Below, one piece after another: positions 51,133 through 59,334 of a stretch of DNA of 64,000 nt. Source of the DNA: an uncultured delta proteobacterium (GTDB lineage: Bacteria > Desulfobacterota > Desulfomonilia > UBA1062). The stretch is from the NCBI GenBank assembly GCA_963798485.1, contig CAWCTR010000002.1, positions 30,130 to 94,129 on the forward strand, in the 5' to 3' direction. The notes below the pieces were generated by a model. That model saw only the letters and a program-made list of their open reading frames with translations, ran no database searches and was not told where the DNA came from. A program made the translations under genes and the position numbers. Position 1 is the first letter of the stretch; every line of letters begins with the position of its first letter.

Positions 51133-52287
51133 ATGCTTGGATCTGCCCAACCCGAAGACCGATTGCCGTCCGCCAGCAACGAGGACGCGCCCGCCGGTGA
51201 TCCGTTGCAGAACGGCCGCGCGCTCGAAGGCACGGAACTCGATTCCGCATTGCAGTTGTTAGTGGAACGCGCGCAGTACATCACCGGCGCCACCGGAACC
51301 GCGCTTGCTTTGCCCGAGGGCGAGGAAATGGTTTGCCGGGCCAGCGCCGGCGCTTCCGCCCCGGCCGTTGGGGCGCGCTTGCAAGTTCGTTCGGGATTGA
51401 CCGGCGAAAGCATTGCGCGGCGGCAGTTGCTGCGATGTGACAACGCGGAAAACGATCCACGGGTGAATCTCGAAACTTGCCGCGCGCTGGGAATTGCCTC
51501 CATCGTGGTTTTGCCGCTGCTGCGGCGTAATGGCGAGATTCGCGGTTTGTTCGAGTTGTTTTCCGATCACCCCTACGCTTTCGAGGAGCGCGATCTGGTG
51601 GCGCTCGAACGCATGGCCGATCTCACATCCACGGCTCTTGATCTGGCCGAGCAACGCTTGGTCTCCGAGGCCGCGCCGACGATGAGACCAGACGACGCGA
51701 TGTCGGCGGCCGCGATTCCCAGCATTCCCCGCAGCCCCGGGCTTGCTGAGCCCTCGGTCATGCCAGCGGCGTCCGCAACTTCGGTATCCTCTTTCGGAGC
51801 AGCGGCAGCGCCGGTGCGCGCGCCCCTGTTCGCCGTCGATGTTGTCCAGAAGTGCTCTGCCTGCGGATTCCCAGTTTCCGAGGGGAGAACGCTTTGCCTC
51901 GATTGCGAGAAACTCGAGTCCGAGAAATTCGATGCCGAGAAAAAGGACGGCGGCAAGAAGGATTTCAACGGCCAGTTCCACGAGCCGGAGCCGGTCCAGA
52001 TTGAGCAACATCAAGTCGAGCAAAATCTAGCCTGCCAAGATCAAGTCGAGCGACCTCAGGTCGAGCAACACAAGGTCGAACCGCAGGAGATCAAGCCTGA
52101 TGAGCCGGAGCAAGTCGTGCCCAACGCAGCCGCGGCTTCGGCGGCGCTGGAGCAGGAGGAGTTCGTGCCGGCGTTTCTGGCAAATCCCTCGCCCGCACAA
52201 AAGTCGTGGCTGGCAAATCCTGTCAATCTGCTGGCGATCGCCGTTCTGATTCTGGGTGTGCTGGTCGCGGTGGTGGTGTTTCGCTAA
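51133..52287 (+). CDS. GAF-domain protein with a Zn-ribbon and C-terminal membrane anchor
   Basis: A...TGATG.ALAL, GLTGE...CDN..NDPRV, SIVVLPL and AFEERD; CSACG...LCLDC; hydrophobic C-terminus. Confidence 0.8.
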   Translation: MLGSAQPEDRLPSASNEDAPAGDPLQNGRALEGTELDSALQLLVERAQYITGATGTALALPEGEEMVCRASAGASAPAVGARLQVRSGLTGESIARRQLLRCDNAENDPRVNLETCRALGIASIVVLPLLRRNGEIRGLFELFSDHPYAFEERDLVALERMADLTSTALDLAEQRLVSEAAPTMRPDDAMSAAAIPSIPRSPGLAEPSVMPAASATSVSSFGAAAAPVRAPLFAVDVVQKCSACGFPVSEGRTLCLDCEKLESEKFDAEKKDGGKKDFNGQFHEPEPVQIEQHQVEQNLACQDQVERPQVEQHKVEPQEIKPDEPEQVVPNAAAASAALEQEEFVPAFLANPSPAQKSWLANPVNLLAIAVLILGVLVAVVVFR

Positions 52288-52385
52288 CGAACTGGCACGC
52301 GCAAGTGCTTGTTTCTCTTGACAAATTACTGGTGGAACCCATACTCTGCGCTTATTCCGTTGTTCCCAACATAAAGGTGCCAAGC

Positions 52386-52643
52386 ATGAAAAATGTGTAC
52401 GAAGTATTGCGGCAGAAGGAACTCGAACTGACCAGGCTCGAAAAAGAAGTCGAGGCGCTGCGCGTTGCCGCTCCGCTGCTTTCGGACGAGAAAGAGATGC
52501 TGGCCGAAGCTCCGAAGCCGGCCTTAACAACCGCCGCGCCACAGCCGTCGGCGGTTCGGATTCCACCGGTCGTCGCCGCCCAGGGTGCAACCGCTCCGGC
52601 ACGCGTGGCTGGCTGGGAAGATGCCGCCAAGCGCTGGCCATAA
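52386..52643 (+). CDS. Small coiled-coil hypothetical protein
   Basis: MKNVYEVLRQKELELTRLEKEVEALRVAAPLL; AAGGT RBS; followed by a terminator. Confidence 0.7.
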   Translation: MKNVYEVLRQKELELTRLEKEVEALRVAAPLLSDEKEMLAEAPKPALTTAAPQPSAVRIPPVVAAQGATAPARVAGWEDAAKRWP

Positions 52644-52715
52644 GCCGGTTGCATTCGTCGCTGCGGAGACGGGGATTGCCCCGTCCGCTCGCTATTTCAC
52701 CAGACAAGATCATTC

Positions 52716-52751
52716 AATAGCCTGAGGGAGCATTGCCCTCAGGCTATTTTT
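52716..52751 (+). terminator. Intrinsic terminator (intron target site)
   Basis: AATAGCCTGAGGG-N7-CCCTCAGGCTATT 13-bp stem followed by a T run. Confidence 0.88.
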
Positions 52752-54554
52752 GTGTGCCGAGCATGTTCGACAGCTCGAAGGTGAAAGTCCTTTTCACAAC
52801 CAGATGGAGGTGAAGTGATAGCAAAGCGCAAGGGCGTCGTCGCGAGGCGGGGTCTGAAAGAAGCGTGGAGCAAAGGCGCGAGCCGATGAACAAGAACCGG
52901 ATGAAGAGGCCTACGGCAGCGGGCGAGCGGGCAAAAAGCCGCGAAGCCCAGATCCATCAAGGCTGCTGGTGGTAGATTCGGCGGTTGCGCGTTGAAGGCG
53001 GTCGAACTTACCTCGGGAGGTCTGCGGCGTGTCACGGAATCGTGACTGAGGGCGAAGCGATTCGCTCTGACCGCGTTGCAGAAGTCAGCAGCGGGCATAG
53101 TAGTCGCGCAAGCGACGAAGGCCCAAACGGAAGGGAGCGGCAAGTAGCCAGCGGGACTCGATGAGCGACAAGCGGCAGAAGAACCAGCTACAGATGGTGC
53201 TGGCCTTTACCGACGAGGGGAGGAGTGAAGCTCCGAAGGCTCGGCGGGAAGGGACCGAATCGCTCACGGCGAAACGCGCGTGGGAAAGCCCGGCTATCCC
53301 AGAGCAAGTGATGGAAGAAGTCTGCGGGCGAGAGAACTGCCTGCGGGCGTTACGACGAGTGAAGGCCAACAAGGGGAGTCCGGGGATCGACGGCATGAAG
53401 GTGTCGGAGTTGCCGGGCCACCTGAAGCAGCACTGGCCAGCCTTCCGGGAACAGTTGCTAAGCGGGACGTATCAACCACAACCGGTGAAGCGAGTAGAAA
53501 TCGCGAAACCGGACGGAGGAGTGCGGCAGTTGGGCATTCCGACGGTGCTGGATCGATTTATCCAGCAGGCGGTGATGCAGGTTCTGCAAAGCAGATGGGA
53601 CGCGACGTTCTCCGAGCACAGTCACGGATTTCGTCCGCAGCGTTCGGCGCATCAGGCGGTGGCTAAGGCGCAGCAGTATATCGCTGCTGGCAAACGCTGG
53701 GTGGTGGACCTGGATCTGGAGAAGTTCTTTGATCGGGTCAACCACGACCGACTGATGGCGGCGATAGCGCGGCGGGTGAACGACCAGAGAATGCTCAAGC
53801 TGATTCGATCATTTCTGGAGTCGGGCGTGATGGAGAACGGGCTGGTGAGTGCGGTGGAGGAAGGAACTCCGCAAGGAGGACCGCTGTCTCCGCTGTTGTC
53901 GAACCTCGTGCTCGACGAACTGGACCGGGAGTTGGAGCGACGCCATCACCGCTTCGTGCGCTACGCGGATGATTGCAATATCTACGTGGCGAGCGAGCGG
54001 GCGGGGAAGCGAGTCATGCAGAGTGTGACTGGTTTCATCCAGCGCCGACTCAAGCTCAAGGTGAACCAGACGAAGAGCGCGGTGGCACGACCGCAGGAGC
54101 GAAAGTTTCTGGGCTTCAGCTTCACGGGAGGAGCCGGGGTCAAACGGCGTATTGCGCCGAAAGCTCTGCTCCGCTGTAAGCAAAGAGTGCGGGAACTGAC
54201 GCGCCGGACACGAGGCATCAGTCTGGAGCAGATGACGAAGGAACTGGCCGTCTACTTACGTGGATGGAAAAGCTACTTCGGCTACTGCCAGACCCCCTCG
54301 GTGCTGCATGGTCTGGATCAATGGATACGACGCAGGTTGCGATCCGTGATCTGGAAGCAGAAGAAACGACGCAGCTCGTGGCGGTTGGCGAATAGCCCCG
54401 CCCTGAGCCTCCCGTTTCCCACTGCTTACTTTGACTCGCTGGGCCTTCCACGTTTGTTTGCCGGGTAACTTAACTCATCCGAACCGCCGTATGCGGACCC
54501 GCATGTACGGTGGTGTGGCAGGGGAGGAGAGGTGACTCTCCCCCCTATGCCGAT
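52752..54554 (+). mobile_element. Group II intron, class C (IIC)
   Basis: 5' GTGTG; domain V GAACCGCCGTATGCGGACCCGCATGTACGGTGGTGT with CGC triad; domain VI ending CCTATGCCGAT; inserted directly after a terminator. Confidence 0.92.
53161..54468 (+). CDS. ltrA: Group II intron reverse transcriptase/maturase without an endonuclease domain
   Basis: NKGSPGIDG, R.LGIPTVLDR, SHGFRP, DLEKFFD, GTPQGGPLSP, RYADD and FLGF motifs. Confidence 0.95.
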   Translation: MSDKRQKNQLQMVLAFTDEGRSEAPKARREGTESLTAKRAWESPAIPEQVMEEVCGRENCLRALRRVKANKGSPGIDGMKVSELPGHLKQHWPAFREQLLSGTYQPQPVKRVEIAKPDGGVRQLGIPTVLDRFIQQAVMQVLQSRWDATFSEHSHGFRPQRSAHQAVAKAQQYIAAGKRWVVDLDLEKFFDRVNHDRLMAAIARRVNDQRMLKLIRSFLESGVMENGLVSAVEEGTPQGGPLSPLLSNLVLDELDRELERRHHRFVRYADDCNIYVASERAGKRVMQSVTGFIQRRLKLKVNQTKSAVARPQERKFLGFSFTGGAGVKRRIAPKALLRCKQRVRELTRRTRGISLEQMTKELAVYLRGWKSYFGYCQTPSVLHGLDQWIRRRLRSVIWKQKKRRSSWRLANSPALSLPFPTAYFDSLGLPRLFAG

Positions 54555-54714
54555 CTGCGACGCTTTATTGGCTCTTTTGCAGCATCCACGGCAGCACCGC
54601 GGAAACCTGCGCGGGTTACCTCCGTAAGCCCAATCCGCCCCTTTCTCCGTGCTGTTATAGAACTCTCTTCCATATCCTGAAATCAGATCCTTCGATCTCA
54701 TACAGGAACGCATT

Positions 54715-55848
54715 GTGGATGTTTGTCTTTCCTTTTTCATAGCGATCGACCATTTTTCGATTCTCGCGTGTGCCGCGATTGCCGCCGGTTTGTACTTCGT
54801 CTTGCTCGGATTTCACCTGCTTGGCTGCAAACGCCTGTTGTTAAACGTCCCAGCTTCCAAGATCGGCAGTGCCGCCCGTGGACTGTTCGAAGTCAACGGC
54901 GTGGCGGCCGGTCCGGATACGACGCCCGCTCCCATCACGGGCGAGCCTTGTCTCCTCTCCCAAACCACCGTCTGGCAGCAGTGCGAGGGCAACAAAGAAG
55001 CATGGGAAAAAGTCGCGGACGAAACTCTGCATATGCCCTTCTTCCTCGTCGACTCCACCGGCGAGTTGCTCATCGAACCTCACGGAGCCGACCTCGACCT
55101 GCACCCTGATTTTCGCGAGGAATACCCAGCATCGCTTTCTTTCTCGCACCTGGGCTACGTTCCGCCACAGGTCATCACTTTTTTTTCGCGCCACGATATC
55201 GGTTCGACCCGCAACCTGCGTATTGAAGAACGCGTGATCAAGCCCGGAGACGCGCTGTTCATCACCGGAACTCTCGCGGAAAATCCGGTGCGTTTGTTCT
55301 CACCGGGCAGCGTGGACCCGAACGATGCGCGCAGCGATTCTCCGCGCGGCCCCGTACCTCACAACTTTCCGCACCAGTCCCGCGCACCGGAGGTGATCCG
55401 GCTGAACAGTGGCGCGATTCCTTCCATCAGCCGCGACATCAGCCAGCAGGCAAAGATCGCGGCCGCGCTGACGCGCGCCGGCATTGCCGGACCCCAAGTT
55501 TGGGCGTCCGCGGCAGCCCCGTCACAGGCTGTAGGTGTTGAGGAGAATGCGCCGCCCTTGGCCGTTTCCGCCGGCGCTGAGATGCGTTTGCACGATGTGC
55601 GGCTGCACGATGCAAGACCAGCGGAAGCGCGTCCAGAGGAAGACCAGTCCGAGCCCTCCGCTTTCGATCTCACTCCGCCCGTCGTATTGATGAAAGGCGA
55701 GAGCGATTCCGCATTCGTGATTTCGTTTCGCAGCCAGAACAATCTCGTCAGGGCCCTTGCCTGGAAAGCCGCTGCCCTGATTTCAGGAGGCACTGCCATC
55801 GCGTTGTTCGGTTTTTATAACCTGCTGGCACAGATGGAGCTCTTGTAG
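54715..55848 (+). CDS. GIDE-domain-like membrane protein
   Basis: N- and C-terminal TM segments; P.SKI.S...GL.EV.G, APITG.PC, F.L.D.TG..L..P.GA and E..I.PG..L...G patterns. Confidence 0.6.
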   Translation: MDVCLSFFIAIDHFSILACAAIAAGLYFVLLGFHLLGCKRLLLNVPASKIGSAARGLFEVNGVAAGPDTTPAPITGEPCLLSQTTVWQQCEGNKEAWEKVADETLHMPFFLVDSTGELLIEPHGADLDLHPDFREEYPASLSFSHLGYVPPQVITFFSRHDIGSTRNLRIEERVIKPGDALFITGTLAENPVRLFSPGSVDPNDARSDSPRGPVPHNFPHQSRAPEVIRLNSGAIPSISRDISQQAKIAAALTRAGIAGPQVWASAAAPSQAVGVEENAPPLAVSAGAEMRLHDVRLHDARPAEARPEEDQSEPSAFDLTPPVVLMKGESDSAFVISFRSQNNLVRALAWKAAALISGGTAIALFGFYNLLAQMELL

Positions 55849-55940
55849 TCGCGCCGTTCGACACGGCAGTCCATAAAGGCTGCCGGCTTCTCCAGCCCGT
55901 AGCCAAGTGCATAACGCCACGCGCGCACCCTTAATTTAGA

Positions 55941-56720
55941 ATGTCTCCTGTGAGTGAACCCATACGGATCGGAATTCTCGGCGACTTCAATCCCGAATTC
56001 CGCTCCCATCACGCGACCAACGATTCGCTCCAGCATGCGGGTGGGAGGCTCCAACTTACAGTGGAATCGGCCTGGCTTCCGACGCCGTCGCTTCTCGAAC
56101 CGGACGCCATGGCTACGCTCGATTCCTTTGATGGTCTGTGGGCCTCGCCGGGCAGCCCCTACAAAAGTTTCGACGGCATGCTCAAAGGCATCGAGTTCGC
56201 CCGCGTCCGCAACCGGCCGTTTCTTGGCACCTGCGGAGGATTTCAGTACACGCTCATCGAGTGTGCGCGCAACGTGCTCGGCATCCACGACGCCACCACG
56301 GCTGAAGAAGACCCGCAGGCTAAAAATATCGTGATCTATCCCGTCGCCTGCGCGGTTCCCAACCGCGATCCGAACGCGCCCAAGCTCTCGGGAAAGATCA
56401 ATCAGATCCGCCTCCGTCCCGGTTCTTACCTGGCGGCGTTTTACGGAAAGGAACTGATTGAGGAAGAATTTTTCTGCAACTACGAACTGAATCCCGAATT
56501 CGAATGGATGGCCATGGAAGCGGGCTTTCCGGTGGTAGCCCGCGGCTCGAAGGAAGAGTGCCGGGCCATCGAATCGCCGGCGCATTTGTTTTTCGTCGCA
56601 ACGCTATTTCAGCCACAACTTTCCTCTCGCGAGGACAGCTCGCACCCGCTGATCATGGCCTTCGTGCAGCACGCCGCCGACTTCCATCGCAAACGGCTCG
56701 ACGACTCCATCCTGGCGTGA
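55941..56720 (+). CDS. Stand-alone CTP-synthase-like class I glutamine amidotransferase domain
   Basis: DGLWASPGSPY, PFLGTCGGFQ, CNYELN and FFVATLFQP motifs; no synthetase domain. Confidence 0.82.
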   Translation: MSPVSEPIRIGILGDFNPEFRSHHATNDSLQHAGGRLQLTVESAWLPTPSLLEPDAMATLDSFDGLWASPGSPYKSFDGMLKGIEFARVRNRPFLGTCGGFQYTLIECARNVLGIHDATTAEEDPQAKNIVIYPVACAVPNRDPNAPKLSGKINQIRLRPGSYLAAFYGKELIEEEFFCNYELNPEFEWMAMEAGFPVVARGSKEECRAIESPAHLFFVATLFQPQLSSREDSSHPLIMAFVQHAADFHRKRLDDSILA

Positions 56721-56742
56721 GGGGTACGACTTTGGAGATACC

Positions 56743-57273
56743 ATGTCATCAATCGAGCCGTGGCTGCGCGATACGGAAACAGACGTTCCGGCAGTGGGGC
56801 GCGCGGTTTTGCACTCGTTCCAACTGGCGGAAGAGGACTTGCGGAAGTGGTGTGAGAATTTGTCCGACGCCGAGTTGAATGCGCGGCCCGCGGGAGTGGC
56901 GCCGGTTGCGTTTCACATACGGCACCTGGCTCGTAGCCTGGATCGTCTGTTGACTTACGCCGAGGGCCGAAGCCTGAGCGAGTGGCAGATGGCCCGGCTG
57001 CTCACGAAAGTTGATGCGGGCGCAACCTGCGATGAGTTATTTGCGGAACTGACAGCGGCGCTGGCGGATGGGGCGGTGCGCGTGCGGGCGCTGGCAAGAA
57101 CGAAAAATCTTGAACAGGCGCGAACGGTGGGGAAAAAGCAGCTGCCTACTAGCGTCGGTGAGTTGCTTGTCCACGTCGCGGACCACATGCAGCGTCACGT
57201 GGGGCAGGCGATCACGACCGCGAAGGTCGTTTCGGAGATCTATGCCCCGATGCCAGAGCCCAAAAAGCTGTAG
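56743..57273 (+). CDS. DinB-family protein
   Basis: EPWLR, FH.RH...S.DRL.TYA and LL.H.ADH..RH.GQ motifs. Confidence 0.82.
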   Translation: MSSIEPWLRDTETDVPAVGRAVLHSFQLAEEDLRKWCENLSDAELNARPAGVAPVAFHIRHLARSLDRLLTYAEGRSLSEWQMARLLTKVDAGATCDELFAELTAALADGAVRVRALARTKNLEQARTVGKKQLPTSVGELLVHVADHMQRHVGQAITTAKVVSEIYAPMPEPKKL

Positions 57274-57665
57274 AGCAAAATAGCCAGCACGATCAACGTG
57301 AAGATCACGTACATACGATCGCGTTCGATGGCGAATCCCACGACCGAGAACGCAACGCGTACGATGGGCGTTGCGATCAGAAGAGCAGTCCATTGGATCA
57401 AGCCTCGGCCGCGCCCGTTGATGACGCTGTGAAGGACTCCGGGGATGGTGCGAAACTCGGAAGGCTCGCCGCGGAAGACGCGGTAATCGGCGGGCTCATG
57501 TGCGTGCCGCGAAAGATAGACGCAGGCTCCCGCGAAAACGATAACGGCCGCCAGCAGGGCTCCGGCGCGGAGCATGTTGCCGAGGATGACCTCCATGCGG
57601 TGATCGTCCCACACTTGCGGTTGCAGTTTGACCGGTTGCGGAGCGGGCGTTTGCGTGGCGGGCAT
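57240..57665 (-). CDS. DUF1634 membrane protein
   Basis: LR.G......V...G and LIATP..RV.FS...F....D..Y patterns; TGATG-coupled to the TauE gene. Confidence 0.8.
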   Translation of the reverse strand: MPATQTPAPQPVKLQPQVWDDHRMEVILGNMLRAGALLAAVIVFAGACVYLSRHAHEPADYRVFRGEPSEFRTIPGVLHSVINGRGRGLIQWTALLIATPIVRVAFSVVGFAIERDRMYVIFTLIVLAILLYSFLGSGIGA

Positions 57666-58496
57666 CAGATCTTCCCCCAGAATCCCTTGTAGAGCATCTG
57701 CAAGCCCAGAACCAAAATCACCACGCTGAAGACGAGGCGGAGCGACTTATCTCGGCCTTGACCAGACACGCGCTCCGATCAACGAACCGGCCAGTACTCC
57801 CAGCATGACTGGCATGGTAATGCCAGGAGCGATGTATCCGCGGCTGAGGTAGAGGCCGGCGCTGGCCGCAGCGGTCACGCCGATCATGAAGTTGCTGGTC
57901 GTCGTCGAAACCTTAAACGGGATCCTCATGGCCTGGTCCATGGCCAGCACCTTCACCGCGCCGGAGCCGATGCCCAGCAGTCCCGACAGCGCGCCCGCGC
58001 CGAACATCAGGCTGTAGCCGGCGGGAACGCCGGTGGACGATGTAACTGCTTGCCTTCGGGCGTGGGATAGCTGCCATTGAGCTGAACTCGTCGGCCAGCG
58101 GGTCGGCGATTACGCTGCGGCTTGCTCGTCGCGGTTGCGGCTGACGAGATAAGCCGAGTAGAGCAGCACCGCGCCGAAGACAATGGCGATGGCGCTGGTC
58201 GGAATCAGGTGGCGAGGAAGGCTCCGACTATCGCGCCCGATGGTGGTGGCGATCTCCAGGAACATGCCGATGCGAATGTTGGAGAAGCCTTCCCTCACAT
58301 ACGCCGCCGCAGCGCCTGAGGAAGTCGCGATCACCGATACCAGCGAGGCTCCGATGGCGTAGCGGATATCCACGTGGAACAGAATTGTGAGCAGGGGCAC
58401 AAGGATGACACCACCCCCGAGACCAGTGAGCGAACCAAGAAGTCCCGCGGCGAAGGAGACGATCGCGACGACGGCGGTGAAATCCAGGATGGTCAT
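57665..58496 (-). pseudogene. TauE/SafE (TSUP) family transporter with several frameshifts
   Basis: Pieces in different frames: GSLTGLGGG..ASLVSVIATSSG, then SGLLGIGSG..KVSTTTSNFMIGVT, then ..QMLYKGFWGKI*. Confidence 0.8.
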
Positions 58497-58745
58497 GAAT
58501 TTGTCCTAGGTTACCACCTTGTGATTTCACTTTTCTGCATGAGGAGCAGAATGCCATCGCTTCGGAGGGGCGTTCTATGGATGCTGGAGAGTGGCAGGCC
58601 GCGACCGCGGGCGTTTCGCGGGACAGGATTTACCGAACGGTCGAAAAGCGATCCGGAGATTCCTTGCTTGAAAATCGGCACTTATTGGAAAAGCGTGGCC
58701 ATTCCAAAATCGCGCGGACAGAGCATCCGCGCTGCACTCTGATTC

Positions 58746-59055
58746 CTACTGATTGATCCAGACCACGGGGATTTCTTCAGTTGCGCGTGTTCCTTGCGCA
58801 GTTCGCGAGCGATGACGCCGAGAGAAACATCTTCCGGATGAGGGAAGTCCGAGGCCCGTCTTTCTCCTGACCTGAGGTGTAACTCGTTGCCGCGAGAATG
58901 CTGGTTTCCTGAGACATGGGTGCATAGCTTGCGTGTCCCGGATGACTCTGAAACGAATAACTCTGCGGTTGATTGTTGAGGGTGTTTCCGGCAATGATCT
59001 GGGCAAATGCCCCGGTAGCAGAAAGTAGGCAGAGCACGAACACAATTTTTTTCAT
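58746..59055 (-). pseudogene. Small exported protein, frameshifted
   Basis: MKKIVFVLCLLSATGAFAQ signal peptide after a GGAG RBS; the C-terminus continues in other frames (LGVIARELRKEH; VVWINQ*). Confidence 0.55.
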
Positions 59056-59138
59056 CGCGGTTCTCCCGATTACTGGAGGAAGCAACCGACCATCCGCGAA
59101 CTGAGCGGCGGGTCTGAGCTCCGTCAGTCTGTATAGGG

Positions 59139-59153
59139 GCAAGCCCGGTACCA
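59139..59153 (-). promoter_or_regulatory. Sigma54-type promoter
   Basis: TGGTAC-CGGGC-TTGC with exact GG-N10-GC spacing, about 85 bp upstream of the small exported protein. Confidence 0.55.
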
Positions 59154-59334
59154 AACTTTGGCGGTCTAAAAATGAAGTTATCCGGCGATTACTGGCGATA
59201 GTGGAAATCATTTGACATTGTGGAGAGCACCTGGGATAGTTCGCCAGGCGGGGCCTTCCGGGCGATGGTCGGGATAATCCGTGATCGTAATCCGCGATCG
59301 AGCGGAGGCGATGAAAATACGAAGAGGAAGGGTA

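Noticed and set aside
52293-52308. Sigma54 promoter TGGCACGCGCAAGTGC
   Set aside because: The GG-GC spacing is 11 nt rather than the required 10.
53161-54468. RT as a retron, DGR or defence-associated RT
   Set aside because: It is enclosed by canonical group II intron ends and domains V/VI; no template/variable repeat pair or msr-msd inverted repeats were seen.
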